From: Vicugna vicugna
Lineage: Eukaryota
Length of the DNA stretch: 64,000 nucleotides
NCBI GenBank assembly: GCA_013265495.1
Contig: MU063123.1
Location: 7,343,302-7,407,301, forward strand
Direction: 5' to 3'
Part shown: piece by piece, positions 62,879 through 64,000 of the stretch
Numbering within the stretch: position 1 is the stretch's first letter
How the letters are laid out: each line of letters opens with the position of its first letter
Position numbers and translations under genes: made by a program
Notes under the pieces: generated by a model
The model's database searches: none
The model's input: the letters and a program-made list of their open reading frames with translations, nothing else
What the model was told of the DNA's origin: nothing

Positions 62879-64000
62879 TCCTTTGATTATTAGGTAGAGA
62901 TGTACCATTTTTCTTTCAAGAAAAACATCTATTCCTAAGATAGATCATTTTTGGACTTTCCAATCAGTATGCCTCAGAGAGCAAATATCCAGATTTGCCA
63001 TTTGCCTGGAGACACTATTTGCCTGTATTTATACAGGCCAATGGCAAGACACACATTTTAATTAATCCTCAGTGGAATTTATTTGGCGTGGCTATCTACT
63101 CAATCTAGCTCAAGCTTCTCTAGTTCACAAGAAAATACTCCAATGTGAACTCCATGCAGATTTTTTTTAACATTGCAAGAGGGGAAGAAAATTTACCTTT
63201 AATCATTGTGATAGAAATGTATGCTATGTCATCTAATTTTGGCTTTCCTCCCCACAACATCTGGAGAACAACTCATATGGGAAGGCGCTCAGGAAATGTT
63301 TGTTGATTGAGTAGATGATGACTGAACAGATGTATAAAAGGTGAAACATACAATTAATCTATGTATTTGTTTCCTGTCTGAAGTTAAAAGTCTTTACTAA
63401 TTGACATGCTATTGTTTTTCACACGTTATAAGGCACGAAGTGATGAAAAAGACATGAGCAACTTATTCCCTGATGTCAAGGAGGACTCAGTGGGCTTAGG
63501 TTGAAAAAACAACAAACAAGTAAAGTGAATGCCATCCTAGTCCTTTTTGGATGTGCTCGCCCGACCTTGACTTTCCAATTTGATTGCTCACAGTTTCTCC
63601 ATTGAAAACTGCTTCCTAGTCCCACCGCACTGCCTGCCTCTGCCTACTCTTGCCATCCTCATCGTCAGACTAGACCTGCCGTAGCTCTGCTGACTTCCTC
63701 AGTCCTCTTCCTTTCTTCCTTTCCTGTTCTGCCTTCCTCATTCCAGATTCTCAGCTGTCCTTTAGATTCCAACTCCCAGCTTTGCCTTTCATGTCCAGTT
63801 TTTTGTTTTTGGTATGTGTTTCCATAGTGTCCTATACTTCTCTCTATTTAAGATCAGCACATTATAAAACTTCAGGGAAGTTTATTTTTATTATTGTTAT
63901 GCACATTATGATTCTATAGTCTAAGAAAAACAAGTGGCCATCCGAAGAGACCATTTTATCCCACCAAAATAAAGATAACAAGGAATAAGACAATGTTCCC

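Noticed and set aside
1-64000. Inferring host-gene direction from L1/LTR strand bias
   Set aside because: About 9 plus versus 7 minus L1 pieces and mixed LTRs, so no usable bias

Overview
Mammalian non-coding genomic DNA, almost certainly camelid (Vicugna/Lama/Camelus). The evidence is a full and a truncated vic-1 tRNA-derived SINE plus camelid-type L1 3' UTRs. I recognise no protein-coding gene, RNA gene or CRISPR array. The ORF track consists of chance ORFs, L1/transposase relics, or frames running through N-runs. Much of the window is interspersed repeat: L1 of several ages, L2, MIR, MaLR/ERVL/ERV1 LTRs and hAT/Tigger DNA transposons. Family names come from recalled consensus similarity, not a search, and old-repeat boundaries are approximate (about +/-30 bp). 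The most notable items are: (1) a nearly full-length, decayed Buster/Charlie hAT transposase at about 7150-8880; (2) a MER41-like ERV1 LTR with two intact GAS (STAT) motifs at 43822-44164; (3) three of the five N-runs hide the same L1 segment with mutually consistent lengths, so they behave like length-preserving masks; (4) a TE-poor, CpG-retaining block at about 45.5-51.3 kb with promoter/enhancer-like motifs; (5) several unverified exon-shaped segments. I cannot support a novel biological system from sequence alone, and all regulatory and exon calls are hypotheses.
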